This document shows, in pieces, positions 14,943 to 30,125 of a stretch of 64,000 bases of DNA. The stretch is from the human T2T-CHM13v2.0 reference genome, Homo sapiens, in NCBI RefSeq assembly GCF_009914755.1, contig NC_060929.1; one strand, written 5' to 3'. Within the stretch, counting starts at the first letter, position 1. Every line of letters starts with the position of its first letter. The notes beneath the pieces were generated by a model. The model was not told the origin of the DNA. It saw only the letters and a list, made by a program, of their open reading frames with translations, and did no database searches. Both the position numbers and the translations under genes were made by a program.

Positions 14943-16429
14943 AGAAAAGAAGCCCATGGGAAAGAGCTCCATGAAGTTCATGCAGAATGACCTCCAGCAA
15001 GGCCTGGAAAATGCTCAGTTACACAGAATACCTGTGTCCAAATACTTTGAGCGCACAGCTCTGGCATCAGGTTCCTGTAAGGACAGACCCTGAGATGGAT
15101 TTCGGGATGGAGGCTGCTGCCAGAGGAGACAATGTCACTGCAGATGGCTCACACTGCTCCCACACTGCAGGGGCCAGTGTCTTGGGGCTCCCTCCCGCCG
15201 TCCTGTTGGGGAACTGCAGAGATTCACCCCAGTTGCGTGGACTCCGCTGTGTCTCCTGTCAAGAAGCTCCTCAGCTTACCTTGGTTTTTCCTTTTTAAAA
15301 ACTCTCTGGTGTTTTCCTCTCCAGTGGGGGCTGCATCTCACCTTAGAAGAAAAGATTTTCCAACTAGGGGCTGTCTTGGTAGCTGGTCCAGAAGAAGGTC
15401 TCCTCTCTCTGGAGTGATGTCCAGCCAAGTAACTCCAGCCAGAACTCTCACTGAGTGTGGCTGGGTCTGCCCTGCTCTCCTCCCATCCTCGTGTGGACTG
15501 TGGAAACCCATCCATGCCCTATGCAAAGTCCCGCATCTCAGACTGTAAAATGGCAGAAGCTGAATTTAATGATTATATTGACTCTAAGAGGAAAACAAAG
15601 TTCTGAGGTAGACAATTGGTAAGCAAGCAATTATGTGTAACTTGTTAGAACACTAGGGTGTTTTTTATTTGTCTCACTTATTTTTTCTGTTTAACAGGCT
15701 GGCTAGGAGCCAGAGGGAGAGAAGGCTGGCTGGGAATTGAGAGGCATGAGGTCACCTCAGTCCCAACATTTCCATGTAAATGATGATGTGAGATGGGCTG
15801 GTGGCAGGAGTCCCTGGAAATCCTCACGATCTCAGCTTTTAACTTCTGTAAAATATTATGTCATTTAGGATCTCTTTAACAAATAACGTTTTTTCTAATT
15901 ACAAAAGTGTATATTCTCTTTGGAGGAGCTTTGGTAAATACAAAATGAGTTATAAGACAAAGAAAAATCATTCATAATTTTATCACTCAAATTTTGATAA
16001 TTATATTCTTGCATTTTTAATGAAATGTAGACATTTTAGATTATACTGTATATAAAATGTTGTTTCTGTTTTTTCATCCAATATTAGATCATAAACGTTT
16101 TACATGGCATAAACTATATATGTAAATCAGCTATTTCCACACCTGGGTGCTTGATTTAACCCTCCTTATACTGTTAGCCATTTAAATGATTTCTCCTTTA
16201 TCCTATGAATAACACTTCCACCAGTTATTATTCTTATATATAGCTCATTCAATCACTCATAATCTCATTGAGCATTTATTTATAATTTAGTTGCATATTA
16301 CCTGAGTGGATTGTGGTTATATGTTTATATGCTTATTCCAAATACAGTGCTAAGATTAGCATTAGAGACAGGAAAATACTCACAGGTTTTCAAACTAGAA
16401 GGAGCCAAACAAATCCATGATCCAGCTCT

Positions 16430-16520
16430 GCATACTCTCACCCAGCCTTAGTTTTCTTACACAGAAAGTGAAGACAATGCTATTTGCCTTGTGGCATCGT
16501 TGTGAAGTTAAAGAAGACAC
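16430..16520 (+). mobile_element. MIR fragment
   Basis: ccttagttttcttacacagaaagtgaagacaat...gttgtgaagttaaa resembles the MIR core. Confidence 0.45.
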
Positions 16521-17786
16521 CGATTCTGCACGCAGCAGTTCACAGACAGCGGGAAGCTGGGCCCCCACCAACTCTAAGGACAATCACCATCGGATGCCCC
16601 ACGATCCTACTCTCAGGGTGTTCGTATGCCATATGCCATGTTCACAAATCTGTAAAAAAAAAAAAAAGTTACAATTATGAAATTAAAAGTTAACTAAAGG
16701 AGGATGTTTTCATTATCTTTGAAATTTAACCCCCCAAATCCAGATTATAAAGCAAGGAGATGTCTTATGGCCCAACACTTGCCATTGATACTTTTTCGAT
16801 GTTAGTGGGCAGGGGAGGGTAGTGAAAGTAAAGGAATCAGAGCTCCGATGGGTGCACATTGTCTTCCCTACAAATCCATTTCTTGTCCAGCCTTCCTTCC
16901 TCATTGGGGCTGCTCTATCTTTTTCTGCGCATTTGAACTGCTCCCCTGTGGGCCATTCTCATTTGCTTTACTTCCTTGTCTGAATTCCATGGGACCTGCA
17001 TTTAAGAGGAGAGAGGAACCACTTTGGGACTGGAGGAAGTTCACCTTATGCCATATGCCTGCCTCCTTCCTCTACAGTGAACAGTCTCTGGTGTCCCTGG
17101 GTGTTCAGTTTCTTTCCACTCATGTATTACTGACTGTTCAGGTGGCAAATGGCCCGTGACCTTTATGGTATTAAAAAGAAAAAATAAAAAGCTGTGTTGC
17201 TTTTTTTTTAACTTTTATTTTAGGTTTGGGGGTACATGGGAGGGTTTGTTATATAGGTAAACACGTGTCACAGGAGTCTGTTGTACATGTTATTTCATCA
17301 TCCAGGTATTAAGCCCAGTGCCCGATAGTTATGTCTTCTGCTCCCCTCCCTCCTCCCACCCTCCCCCACTCAAGTAGATCCCAGTGTCTGTTGTTTCCTT
17401 CCTTGTGTTCACAAGGTCTTCTCATTTAGCTCCCACTTATAAGTGAGAACATGCCGTATTTGGTTTTCTGTTCCTGCATTAGTTTGCTAAGGATAATACC
17501 CTTCCGCTTCATTCATACTAATGAAAAAGACATAATCTTGTTATTTTTTATGGCCACATGGTATTCCATGGTGTATATGTAACACATTTTTTTTATCCAA
17601 TCCGTGATTGATGGGCATTTGGGTTGATTCTATGTCTTTGCTATTGTGAATAGCACTGCAATGAACATTTGCATGCATGTATCTTCATGGTAGAATGATT
17701 TATAGTCATCTGGGTATATACCCAGTAATGGGATTGCGAGGTCAAATGTTTTAGTTCTGCTTTTAGCTCTTTGAGGAATCACCATA

Positions 17787-18837
17787 TGTTGTGGGAAGTC
17801 AGGGACCCCAAACGGAGGGACCGGCTGAAGCCATGACAGAAGAATGTGGATTGTGAAGATTTTATGGACATTTATTACTTCCCCAAATTAATACTTTCAT
17901 AATTTCTTATGCCTGTCTTTACTGCAATCTCTAAACATAAATTGTAAAGATTTCATGGACACTTATCACTTCCCCAGTCAATACCCTTGTGAGTTCCTAT
18001 GCCTGTCTTTAATCTCTTAATCCTATCAACCAAGGAGGATGTATGTCGCCTCAGGACTATGTGATAATTGGATTAACTGCACAAATTATACAGCATGTGT
18101 GTTTGTGCAATATGAAATCTGAGCACCTTGAAAAAACAGCAATTGTTCAAGGAATAAGAGATAACCTTAAACTCTGACCACCAGTGAGCCGGGCAGAACA
18201 GAGCCATATTTCTCTTCTTTCAAAAGCAAATGGGAGAAATATCACTGAATTCTTTTTCTCAGCATGGAACGTCCCTGAGAAAGAGAATGTGCACCTAGGG
18301 GTAGGTCTCTGAACTGGCCCCCCCGGGGTGTACCTGTCTCTTATGGTCGAGATTGCAGAGGTGAGATAGACTTCAGTCTCCCATAGCACTCCCAGGCTTA
18401 TTAGGAAGAGGAAATTCCCGCCTAATAAATTTTGCTCAGACCAGTTGATCTCAAAACCCTGTCTCCTGATAAGATGTTATCAATGACAATGGTGCCCGAA
18501 ACTTCATTAGCAATTTAATTTCACCTCGGTCCTGTGGTCCTGTGGTCTCACCCTGCCTCCACTTGCCTTGTGATATTCTATTACCATGTTATGTACTTGA
18601 TGTCTGTCACCCACACCTATTCACACACTCCCTCCCCTCTTGAAAATCCCTAATAAAACCTTACTGGTTTTTGTGGTTTGTGGGGCATCACGGATCCTAC
18701 TAATGTGTGATGTCTCCCCTGGATGCCCAGCTTTAAAATTTCTCTCTTTTGTACTCTGTCCCTTTATTTCTCAAGCCAGCCAATGCTTAGGAAAATAGAA
18801 AAGAACCTACGTGATTTTGGGGGCAGGTCCCCTGAAA
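17787..18837 (+). mobile_element. MER11 solo LTR (HERV-K11/HML-8 family)
   Basis: Starts tgttgtgggaagtcagggaccccaaacggagggaccggctgaagccatg, ends ...aagaacctacgtgattttgggggcaggtcccctgaaa; 6-bp TSD ACCATA (17781-17786, 18838-18843); the host L1 rejoins across it. Confidence 0.9.
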
Positions 18838-19025
18838 ACCATACTGTTTTCCACCATGGTTGAACTAACTTACACTCCCACCAACAGTATATAAGTGTTC
18901 ACTTTTCTCTGTAACCTTGCAACATCTGTTAGTCTTTTACTTTTTAGTAATAGCCATTCTGACTAGTGTGAGATGCTGCTTCACTGTGGTTTTGATGAGC
19001 ATTTCTCTAGTGATCAATGATCTAG

Positions 19026-19363
<338 letters not shown>

Positions 19364-21824
19364 CACATGTTTGTCTTCTTTTGAGAAGTGTCTTTTCATG
19401 TCCTTGGCCCACTTTTGCGTGGTGTTGTTTTTCTCTTGTAAATTTGTTTAAGTTCCCTATAGATGCTGGTTATTAGACCTTTGTCAGATGCATAGTTTGT
19501 AAATATTTCCTCCCATTCCGTAAGTTGCCTGCTTACTTTGTTTACAGTTTCTTTTGCTGTGCAGAAGCTCTTTAGTTTAATTTGATCCCACTTGTCAATA
19601 TTTGCTTTCGTTGTTTTGCTTTTCATTGTTATTGTGTATCTTTGTCACGAAATCTTTGTGTGTTCCTATGTCCAGGATGGTATTGCCTAGCTTGTCTTCC
19701 AGGGTTTTTATATTTTTGGGTTTTACATTTAAGTCTTTAATCCATCCTGAGTTCATTTTTGTGTATGGTGTACGAAAGGGGTCCAGCCTCAATCTTCAGC
19801 ACATGGCTAACCAGCTATCCCAGCACCATTTATTGAATAGGGAATCTTTTCCCCATTGCTTGTCAGAAAAGCTATGTTTCTAAGCCTTCACCCAACATAC
19901 CTTTAACTTTTGACCACATCTCTCCCCCAGTCAATAGGCTCCAGGAAATGGGACAGGATTCTTGGAAATAAAGAGCTGACCCTGAGACAATGCAGGTAAA
20001 CACAGACTATCTGCTGCATCATAAGTAAACAAAATGTGTGTCTTTCATTCAATATTAGACAATGATAGACTGAGTATGTAAGCATGTTACCATCACAGGT
20101 ATGGAAGTGCCTAACTATGACTTAAATTGTAGAGCCTCAGATTTTAGATCTGGAAGAGCCATGGGTTTTAATCCATGCTGGGAGAGGCTCAAGGTTACTC
20201 TGGAGAAACACACAGTTTGGGGAGGCTGGAGACTGAGGGGTGGGCTCCCATTCCCCAGCTCCTTCAATGAGTCTGACCTATTTTATAAATCAGTTATTAG
20301 AAAATGATTCAAACAACTCAACCCAATTCCCTATTATTTGGTCAAAGCCATCAGTCCTCATGCTTCTTGCTGCTGCAGCTGTGGGCTCCCACTCTCCACC
20401 TGCTCTCCTGCCCAGGTTGGGGTGGCCAAAGACCTTCTCTTGCTGAGGAGAGAGGTTAGGGAGGGACCATTTTTTGATTATTTGAGGGTGTGGTTCAGTT
20501 GTAAACAGTGTAAGTTTTAGAATTTGTGTTATTGTGATGGCGATGACCAACTGCAACATATTTCCCATTTGCCTTGCAATAATAAGAGCATGTATTTTAC
20601 GCAACTGAAGTTTTTGGATCCTCCTTATTTACTTTACTTTATTAAGAATAATGACATTTGAGCAGAGAACAGTTCTAATTTTGCATCAGAGTCAAAAGTG
20701 AAAATGAAAGGAACTGACCCATGAAGGAACAGGTGTGAGTTGTTTACTTCATTCCTGCCTGTCCTGGTTGATGTTCAGCTCTGGCCCTTCATCCCACTTT
20801 CAAGTGTGGTGGATGCCTCATCTAGGAAAGGCCCTCACCACGCTGACTCCTTCTACTCACTCAACTGTACTTACTTCTCTTATTCCTCTATGAACACTGT
20901 TTTCTAGGTTGGGTGTGTTTTCTGTAATAAAAAGGTATTGTTGCACCACTTATTGACGACTTTTTTGGATGCCATGCTAAGCATTTCATAGTCACGAGTG
21001 CATTGTACAAACTACCCTTTATAACACTCCTATGAATTTATATTCCCATATGAATTGGCCTGAGGAAGTGGCGTGCTGGAGAGATTAAGCAATTAAATGA
21101 CAGTATACAGTTAATTACTGAGGGGATTTGGGCTTGGACCTGGATCTGTGATTCAAACACTCATGTCTATAACCACAGGTGCTGCCACATCATTTGCATC
21201 AGGATTTAGAATCTCTGCTGGCAGGCCTGGGAAGATGCATTGTAACCAATAAGAGGTAATTGCCACATTTACCGAGTTGTGAGAACAACTGTACGGCCTC
21301 TCAGAGAATGCCAGGCGCCCCTGTGTTTGTCTCAGTGTCTCCAGCTTGAATTGCTTCACCCCTGGCTCTCGGCAGTGCTGCTCCTCTCTCCTGCATGGAT
21401 CACCTGCTCCCGAAATTCATTCTCCCATTTCTTAGGTTGCCACTTTACCGTAGCTTCCTGATCTAAGGTAAAGCTTTGATGCTGTGCATGTCCCAAAATG
21501 CCTGAGCACTATTTTCACACTGGGTTGATGGTTTAGTTGGGTTTAAAATATATATATTTCTCTCAGAATGTGAAAGCCAAATTTCATTTTCTTATTATAT
21601 CTAGAATTTCAATGGAAAACTTCAGTGCCATTTTGGTTCTTGATTCTTTGTAGGTGATCTTTTTCTTTCACCTCTCTGGAAGCTTTTCAGCTCTTTATCT
21701 CTGATGTTATCAAATTTCACAATAATGTGCTTCAGTGTAGAAGAACTTTGAAATTCAATTTGAGGGGAACTCAATAGATCTTTTAAATCTGGAAATTCCT
21801 AAACTTTATTTCTGGAAAATGTTC

Positions 21825-22270
21825 TTGATTTTTAAGTTGAGATATAATTCACATACTATAATTTATTCATTTAAAGTGTACAATTTAGTACTTTCTAGAA
21901 GTAGCACAGACTTCACCACTATTTAATTCTAAAACGTTTTCAGCACCCCAGAAAGGAACACTGTATTTCCCATTTTTTCCCTCCTCCAACCTCTGGCAAC
22001 CATTCCTTTTTGAGGCTGAATAATATTCCATTGTGTGGAAATACTTCATGTTATTAATCCGCTCATCAGTTGGTGGACATTTGGGTTGTTTCTTCTTTTT
22101 GGCTACTATGGATAATGCTGCTGTACAAGTTTGTGTGTGGACATATGTTTTTAATTCTCCTCAGTATGAAGACTTGAGTAGAACTGATGGGTCAAAGAGT
22201 AATTCTATGTCTTACTTTTTGAGAAACTGCCAGACTGTTTTCCAAAGCACCTGTACCATTTCAATCCCAC
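21825..22270 (-). mobile_element. Old L1 (L1M) 3' fragment
   Basis: ttgagatataattcacatactataattt...ggacatttgggttgtttc...ttgagaaactgccagactgttttccaaag. Confidence 0.65.
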
Positions 22271-23480
22271 TGATATCTTTTCTGACATTTTTATTCCTTC
22301 CGTCTGCTTCTTTTTTTTCTTTTTGTGAAATTCTATTTTAAACTTTGAAGATGAATCAGGAAAATCAAAGCAGCTTCTTCAAAAACTAAATTACCAGAAA
22401 ATGATATATAGGAGATACAGGGGAAATGTATAAATTATATAGACTTAAAAACACATCAGCTAATCACAATGTATGAATTTTGTTTGGGAATATAGACAGA
22501 ACAGAATTGTCCATGTGTTTCTGGTTGCTCTGAAGGGTTATAGATATATAGGGGTTTGTTATATTCATTGTTTATTTACATATATGTTTTTAAATCTCCA
22601 TATAAAGGTTTTAAAAATTCCGTTGGAAGACTTATGTTTTAAAATGTACTCAGAATTTGTTTTAATCGGGGATGTTAAGACCTGCAGACATGGAAGTGAC
22701 TGTCCTGTGGAAATATGTTCATACTCACAGATCCCTAGAAATAGGAGGCACAGGGAAGCCCCAGGCACAGGCAGGAGAGGGGAAGGCATGGGCAGGAGCC
22801 TCTGCTGTGATCTCCGTGGGACAGCAAGGCCAGGCAGGGCAGGCAGGCTTAGGCTGGCCAGCCTGAATAGCTTCAGCAGGCTCTGGGGCATAGGGGCCAT
22901 CTCTAATTGCCTAGTACCTGGCCCTGGGGTGATTAGGGAAGGGCGGTATTGTCTCTTACAGTATCAGAGCCAGATAAAGTAGGTGGTTAAGAGTGCGGGT
23001 TTTGGATTGATAGTTTAATTGGCTGGCCCTGGGAAAGGCAATCTTTTCCCAGTAAACACCAGATGCTAGAGCATCAGGAAAATAGAAAATAAAAAAAATA
23101 ATTAATGCATTCTGTACGCACAGATGGAGAATTCCTTTGCTTCCCCAAAGGAAGAGTGCACAGGAGCCTGGCACTCCTGGACCTGAGGAAACCCTGAAAA
23201 TGTTGGTAGCTGCAAATCTCCAAAAAGAGGTCGCCAGTCTCCTAAGACTGCAAGACTGACCCAGCATTCTGGGAGCCAAGAGGCAGAAAGAGTCTGCGGA
23301 TCTCCCTGCTCAGTAAATTGGCTTTCACTAAATACTCTCTTTGCATAAGCAGCATTACCCAGTGTCCTGGAGCTTAGAAAAGTCCTGTTTCAATGTCTGA
23401 AGAAAATAAATTGTTTCTTTTTCCAGTGTCAGGGAGGAGTATTTGACTGCCAGTGTGGACTGAGGGGTCTTGGGATCACA

Positions 23481-23752
23481 CTCTTCCCAATGTGCTTTGA
23501 ACCGACCCTCTGTGCCTGCCTCACCATCTCCTCTGCTTACCTAGACATGTGGAAACCCTAACACAAGCCCTTCTAGGAGTCTGTGGTGTGGCTCAGCTGC
23601 CTCTGTAGTCATCTCTCTTCCCAATATGCTTTGAACTGGCCCTTCTGTGTCTGCCTCACCATCTCCTCTCCTTACCTAGACACTTGAGAACCCTAACACA
23701 AACCCTTCTAGGAGTCTGTGGTGTGGCTCAGCTGCCTCTGTAGGCATCTCTT
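23481..23752. repeat. Two-copy ~134-bp tandem duplication
   Basis: ctcttcccaa..gctttgaac...aaccctaacacaa.cccttctaggagtctgtggtgtggctcagctgcctctgtag.catct starts at 23481 and again at 23615. Confidence 0.9.
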
Positions 23753-24009
23753 GGGGTTAAACATTTTCCACTCTCCTAAGGCAGTGCCATCTATTCTTCT
23801 GCTTCATCTTCAGAAGACACTGAGCCCTTCCCCACCCTCCCTTCCCCACCCCCCACACCAGGTCCATGGCGCCCTTGAGGCCACAGGGTTGCTGCCATAA
23901 GATTTTTGTACTGACTGCTCTCTCCAAGCAACTGTGAGAGATTTCTATGGGCAAGGCCTCCAGGTTCCTGTCAAATCAAATTGTAGTTGAATGTTGGATA
24001 CTATTCAAG

Positions 24010-24530
24010 GAGCATCCCCTTTTCTCCTTCCTAACAGAGCCCTGAGTTATTCAGTCACATGGTTTGAAATATGGGGTGGGTGCTGGTTGACTTAACCTAA
24101 CCAGCACTGTCTCACCCTATGTCACAGTTATTGGTTCCAAGGTGGGTGCGCAACTGAGGCTCATGCCAGGTGCCACACAGCACTCCCTTGGTCCCCCTAA
24201 TGGACTTGGGGATGGGCAAGGGCCTGAGTTGTTCCAATTAGAGTCAAATACAAGTTGTACTAAGAGTGTGCTTGTTCATGCTCCCTCTTTGATGAAGAAT
24301 GCAGCCTCAGAAATTATTCCTGGAGATTTTGCCATGCTAAGACTGATTCTGACTTCACTGAAGGCAGAGCAGAAAATTGGGAAGAGACTGAGTCCTGGGT
24401 AGCATCCATGAACTTCTGTGCTCAGATTCACCCTGAAGCCTGGCCTGCTTCTGAACTACCCATCTGAGTCAATAAATTGCCTTCTTATTAAAGTCAAATT
24501 GAGCTGGATTTTTAGTTACCTGCATCTGCA
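24010..24530 (+). mobile_element. Old MLT1-type MaLR LTR remnant
   Basis: 3' end tgagtcaataaattgccttcttattaaagtcaaattgagctggatttttagttacctgca resembles the MLT1 terminus. Confidence 0.45.
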
Positions 24531-25211
24531 GTTGTTCTGTGAAGCTAATACTATGAGTTTGTATCTGAGAATATTTACAGTGCTTCTCTCATGGTTGAGT
24601 CAATCATTTCAAGGGTGCTTTAAGGGTAAAAAGAATGATCAATTGTGAAGCAGTGAATTATGCTGCCAGGCACAATTCATTGGGCAATATAAAACTTCAT
24701 TTCCTGGGCAGTAGAAAGTTTCATTGTACATAAATTACATATCTTGTTTCTGCCTCAACCTCCTATTTATTCATAGGCAAAGGAGATAAGGAAGTCCACA
24801 TAAGTCCAGCAGCTAATATGCCTCTCGGGCATCATCCAAAACAGATTTGAATTATGCAAGCCTTGTTAAAATTCATCATCATCATTCATATTTCTGAATA
24901 TTTAAATTAGAAATTCTGAAAAAGTAGTTTGATTCAGAGGTAGTTTGTATATATGTAGGCATTTTTTCAGGATCAAAAGCTTATTTTTTATTGTCTAATT
25001 GAGTTTAATTTACATATAATAAAATTTAGTAATTTTAAGTGAAGAAATCAATGCATTTTGACTAATATATATAGTCATGTACACAACACTACCATTTCAC
25101 TTCTCTTGGTTGAAAACATACGAGGAATTATTATTTTTTAACTTATGGATTTTTAAATGATTGTCAGTTACTTTAAAAAATGTAAATTCTTAATTTTAAA
25201 GGTTTAGGATG

Positions 25212-26500
25212 TCTGACAAATCTGACAAAAACAAGCGATGGGGAAAGGATTCCCTATTTAATAAATGGTGTTGGGAAAACTGGCTAGCCATATGCAGAAA
25301 ACTGAAACTGGACTCCTTTCTTACACCTTATACAGAAATTAACTCAAGATGGATTAAAGACTTAAATGTAAGACCTAAAACCACAAAAACCCTTGAAGAA
25401 AACCCAGGCAATACCATTCAGGACATAGGCATGGGCAAAGACTTTATGACTAAAACACCAAAAGCAATGAAGCCAAAATAGACAAATGGGATCTAATTAA
25501 ACTAAAGAGCTTCTGCACAGCAAAAGAAACTCTCATCAGAGTGAACAGACAACCTAAAGAATGGGAGAAAATTTTTGCAATCTATCCATCTGACAAGGGT
25601 CCAACATCCAGAATCTACAAGGAACTTAAACAAATTTACAAAAAAAAACAAAAAACAAAAAAGACCCCATCAAGAAGTGGGCAAAGGATATGAACAGACA
25701 CTTCGCAAAAGAAGACATTTACGTGGCCAATAAACATATGAACAAAAGCTCACCATCACTGGTCATTAGAGAAATGCAAATCAAAACCACAATGAGAAAC
25801 CAACTCATGCCAGTTAGAATGGTGATCATTAAAAAGTAGGAAACAACTGATGCTGGAGAGGATGTGGAGAAATAGGAACACTTTAACACTGTTGGTTAGA
25901 GTGTAAATTAGTTCAACCATTGTGGAAGACCATGTGGCAATTCCTCAAGGATCTAGAACCAGAAATACCATTTGACCCATCAATCCCATTACTGGGTATA
26001 TACCCAAAGGATTATAAATCATTCTACTATAAAGACACCTGCACATGTATGTTCATTGCAGCACTATTCACAATAGCAAAGACTTGGAACCAACCCAAAT
26101 GTCCATCAATGATAGACTGAATTAAGAAAATGTGGCACATATACACCATGGAATACTATGCAGCCATAAAAAAGGATGAGTTCATGTCCTTTGCAGGGAC
26201 ATGGATGAAGCTGGAAACCATCATTCTCTGCAAACTAACACAGGAACAGAAAACCTCACTTCCATGTTCTCACTCATAAGTGGGAGCTGAACAATGAGAA
26301 CACATGGACACAGGGAGGGGAACATCACACACCAGGGCCTGTTGCAGGGTGAGGGTCTAGGGGAGGGTTAGGGTTAGGAGAAATACCTAATGTAGATGAC
26401 AGGTTGATGGGTGCAGCAAACCACCATGGCATGTGTATACCTGTGTAACAAGCCTGCAGGTTCTGCTCCTGTATCCCAGAATTTAAAGTATTAAAAAAAA
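25212..26500 (+). mobile_element. 5'-truncated L1PA (intermediate age)
   Basis: ORF2 remnants [23 protein letters not shown] and WQFLKDLEPEIPFDP; 3' UTR and A tail at ~26493-26500. Confidence 0.93.
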
Positions 26501-26982
26501 TATAAAAGTCACAGGATGTTTGTGATAGTATCTGTTACGCTGATGCTGCCATCACATGGTTGACTATGTGGAGACTCCAAGTGAAATTTCTTGCAGTTCT
26601 CGGTGGCAGGAAAATCTGTATTTCTGGATAAAACTAAAAAAGTTTAGAAAAACATTCAAGTTTCATAGTCTAGAGCTCTAACACTGGAATCTTTTCCAAA
26701 TTTCAGGTTTAATGATTTACCTAAATCTAAAAATAGTAGGTTGCAGATGTATTTAAACAGTGTGCCTAGGTAGTATGTTTATATATTAGGATTAAAATGG
26801 CCTTCTAAAGTCTACTAATTCTAATATAGCCTTTATTGTTTCATGTAGACATATCTTTCCGATTCCCAGGATAATTTAAACAATTAATTCAAAGCAACTA
26901 TTGACTTAGTTCTAGATTGGGATATCTATTTATGCATTTGAAGCTTTAGATATGTATTTCAAATTAGAAATGTGTGCTGGTC

Positions 26983-27294
<312 letters not shown>

Positions 27295-28305
27295 TCATGG
27301 AAAGTTGTGACTTAGAGTCTCAGGTAAGTTTTGTTTCCATGTGAACACACTGCTTCCAATTGATGTTATGCCCAGAGCAATTAATAAATATCCTTTGAAC
27401 TGAATTAGTGATTAACTGCAAATATCACAATACATCTTCTTAGTGGGCATGATAATTGGACATATTTAGTCCTTGCTGTGACCTGAGAAAGGAATTATTT
27501 TCATTAAATGTTTAATGTTTCACCCTGTTCATGCAGCTGGAGTTACTGATTCAGTTTGATGTGAATTCAGTCTTATAAAAGACCCATCATTATAACCTGC
27601 ACTTATGCTTCCTATAGCATCGGAACTTCCAACTTGTAGGCAAAATAGATAAGATTTATATTCTTAAAAACCACAAGAAATCTCCCTTTATTCACAATAA
27701 ACATAGAATTAGCTATTCTATTAACCTGAACAATAGAACTCACTGGGAGTGACCACATACCCAATATCACGCATTGCCCGAGTGTCTGAAAAGGTCAGTG
27801 GGCCATTTTGCTCCATGCTGTGCCACGGGCCAACCACGAGGGCTGTCAGTGACTCACTGCGTGGGCCACCCAGGGCATGTGGTGCTGAGGCTGTCGAAGA
27901 GCAAGACGAGGCTGTATTTAAACTCAGGCCTCTGCTAAGTGTCAGAACTTGGGTAAGATGCCAAACACTTTAGAGCCAGTTTCCTTTTCTATGACTGGGT
28001 TATAACACTCACCCTGTCAGGTTCTCGTGTGCGTTGACAAGGCCGGCACGTGACACACCAGGGGCAGAGTTGGATGTGAACCTTCTTCCTCAGACATCAG
28101 GGTCCTCATGAGCATCAACAAAATAAGGAGAGCTGTGTCAGGACTGCAGCAGGGACTCAGCAACAATCAGTCTCTTTCTCTTGTCTCATCGAAATCATAT
28201 ATTTTTTAAAAAGGTGCAGTTATCATGGATGTTTATATTGATTCCTGGGATCAGACAAATATACCTTTCCTTGTCATGCTGTTTTCTCTTCCTAGGTGGT
28301 TTGAA

Positions 28306-28385
28306 GAGCTTTGTTTTGGACTTGATACTCCTGGAGCGCACATGAGAAATGAGCTTTGTTTCGGACTTGATATTCCTGGAGTGCA
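28306..28385. repeat. Short tandem duplication, 45-bp period
   Basis: gagctttgtt(t/c)ggacttgata(c/t)tcctggag(c/t)gca at 28306 and 28351. Confidence 0.8.
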
Positions 28386-29129
28386 TTTTTTTTTCTAATT
28401 AGTCCAGTCTTGACCCTGAGCCATCACCCCTCCAGAATAGCAGGACATTCCACTCCACTGTAGTTGGGGTGCCACAATTTCACTACTAATCAAAGGCTCC
28501 TTGGTTTCTGAAAAGTGGGAGAAGTACCTCTAATAATCAGTCTAGATTGTCACTGCTCACTTTCTCGTTTTCCAATTCCACAGGAGCCCCCAAAAGCCCA
28601 GAAGGTCTCATTTCTTAGCATCTTATAGACCATGGGAACCAGGAAACACTGGAACCCCAGGGCCTGCACCCACCTCATTTGCACCCTGTCTCTGTTTCTA
28701 TCACCCTGTAGGCATTGCTACAGAGCAGTGTTGGGACCCACTGGTGATCTGACTGCTTCCAGCCTGGGAAACTGCCTTCTTCTCTCCACTGATATCATGA
28801 TATTTCTGCTTTCCACCCCACAGAAATCCTTAAATGAAGCACAGAAGGGATTGGTAGTTACCTGGTGTGAAGCAGAGCTGAGGCTATGGGAGGAAGCAAT
28901 ATTGCAATGGACTCTGTCATTGATGTCACTAGTGTGTAAATCTGTTACCACTATGGTCAAATTTTTATATTTTTTAAGATTATAACTCATTCTGCTCATT
29001 GTATTCAATGCAACATCTACCCTAAAAGATACCCAGGCATTAATTTATGCTTTTCTGTTTACAAATGAGAATTTATAAGCAAATTGAGGTAGCAATTAGA
29101 TATTTTTTAATTGAAGGCAAAACAGAAGA

Positions 29130-30125
29130 CACATACACATACATCAGTGAAACAGAACAGAGAGCCCAGAAACAGACTGAAATACAGCCAACTGATCTCT
29201 GACAAAGGAGCAAAGGCAATTCAATGGACAAATGGTGCTGGAACAACTGGACATCCACGCACAAAAAAAAATGAATCTATAAACGGACCTTACACCTTTT
29301 ACAAAAGTTAATGCAAAGTAGATATTAGATCAATATATGAAACGCAAAATTTTCAAACTCCTAGAAGATAACATAAGGAAAAACTCTAGATAACCTCGGA
29401 TTTGGTGATTTTTTTTAGATACAACATCAAAGCATGATCCACGAAGAAAAAAATTGGGAAGTTGAACTTTAACATAAAAAAACTTTTGTTTTGTGAAAGA
29501 TACTGTTAAGAGAATAAAAAGACAAACCACAGACAGTGAGAAAATATTTGCAAAATACATCTAAGGATTCATATATGAAATATTCAAAGAACTCTTAAAA
29601 CTCAACAATAAGAAAACAAATGACCCAATTAAAAATGGGCAAAAGCTGAACAGATATGCAGATGGAAATTAAGTATATGAAAAGATGCTCTGTATAATAT
29701 GTTATTAGGAATTGCCAATTAAGACAAGAGTCAGATACCACTACACACCTATTAGAATGGCCAAAATCCACAAGACCAAAAACACCAAATGCTGGTCAGG
29801 ATGTGGAGCAACAGGAACTCGCATTCATTGCTGTGGGCATTATGTGACATTTTGGAAAAGGGAAAATAACATAGATAGTAAAATATCTATGTAATTACGT
29901 GACATTCTGGAAAAGGGAAAATTACATACATAGTAAAATAATCAGTGGTTGACAGGGATTGGGGAGAGGAAAGGATGGATGGGCAGAGAGCCCTGGACGT
30001 TTAGGGCAGTGAGACCACCGTGTGTGATTTCACCACAACGGTAGACCCACGACAGTGTGCAGATGCCAACACCCATTGAATGCAGACCACGAAACGGTAT
30101 TAATTACATAAACTATAAACTTTCT
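29130..30125 (+). mobile_element. Old L1 (L1M) ORF2 3' end and 3' UTR
   Basis: aacagaacagagagcccagaaacagac...; ORF remnant RYHYTPIRMAKI...KCW; gaactcttaaaactcaacaataagaaaacaaa. Confidence 0.75.

Noticed and set aside
15684-15790. Acceptor-like tttctgtttaacag| (and a similar site at ~28295) as lncRNA exons
   Set aside because: Isolated splice-like motifs; no exon chain can be supported from sequence alone.
22640-23000. Possible ERVL-type LTR remnant underlying the 169-aa ORF at 22473-22982
   Set aside because: Looks repeat-derived, but I cannot assign family or boundaries confidently, and the ORF has no recognisable homology.
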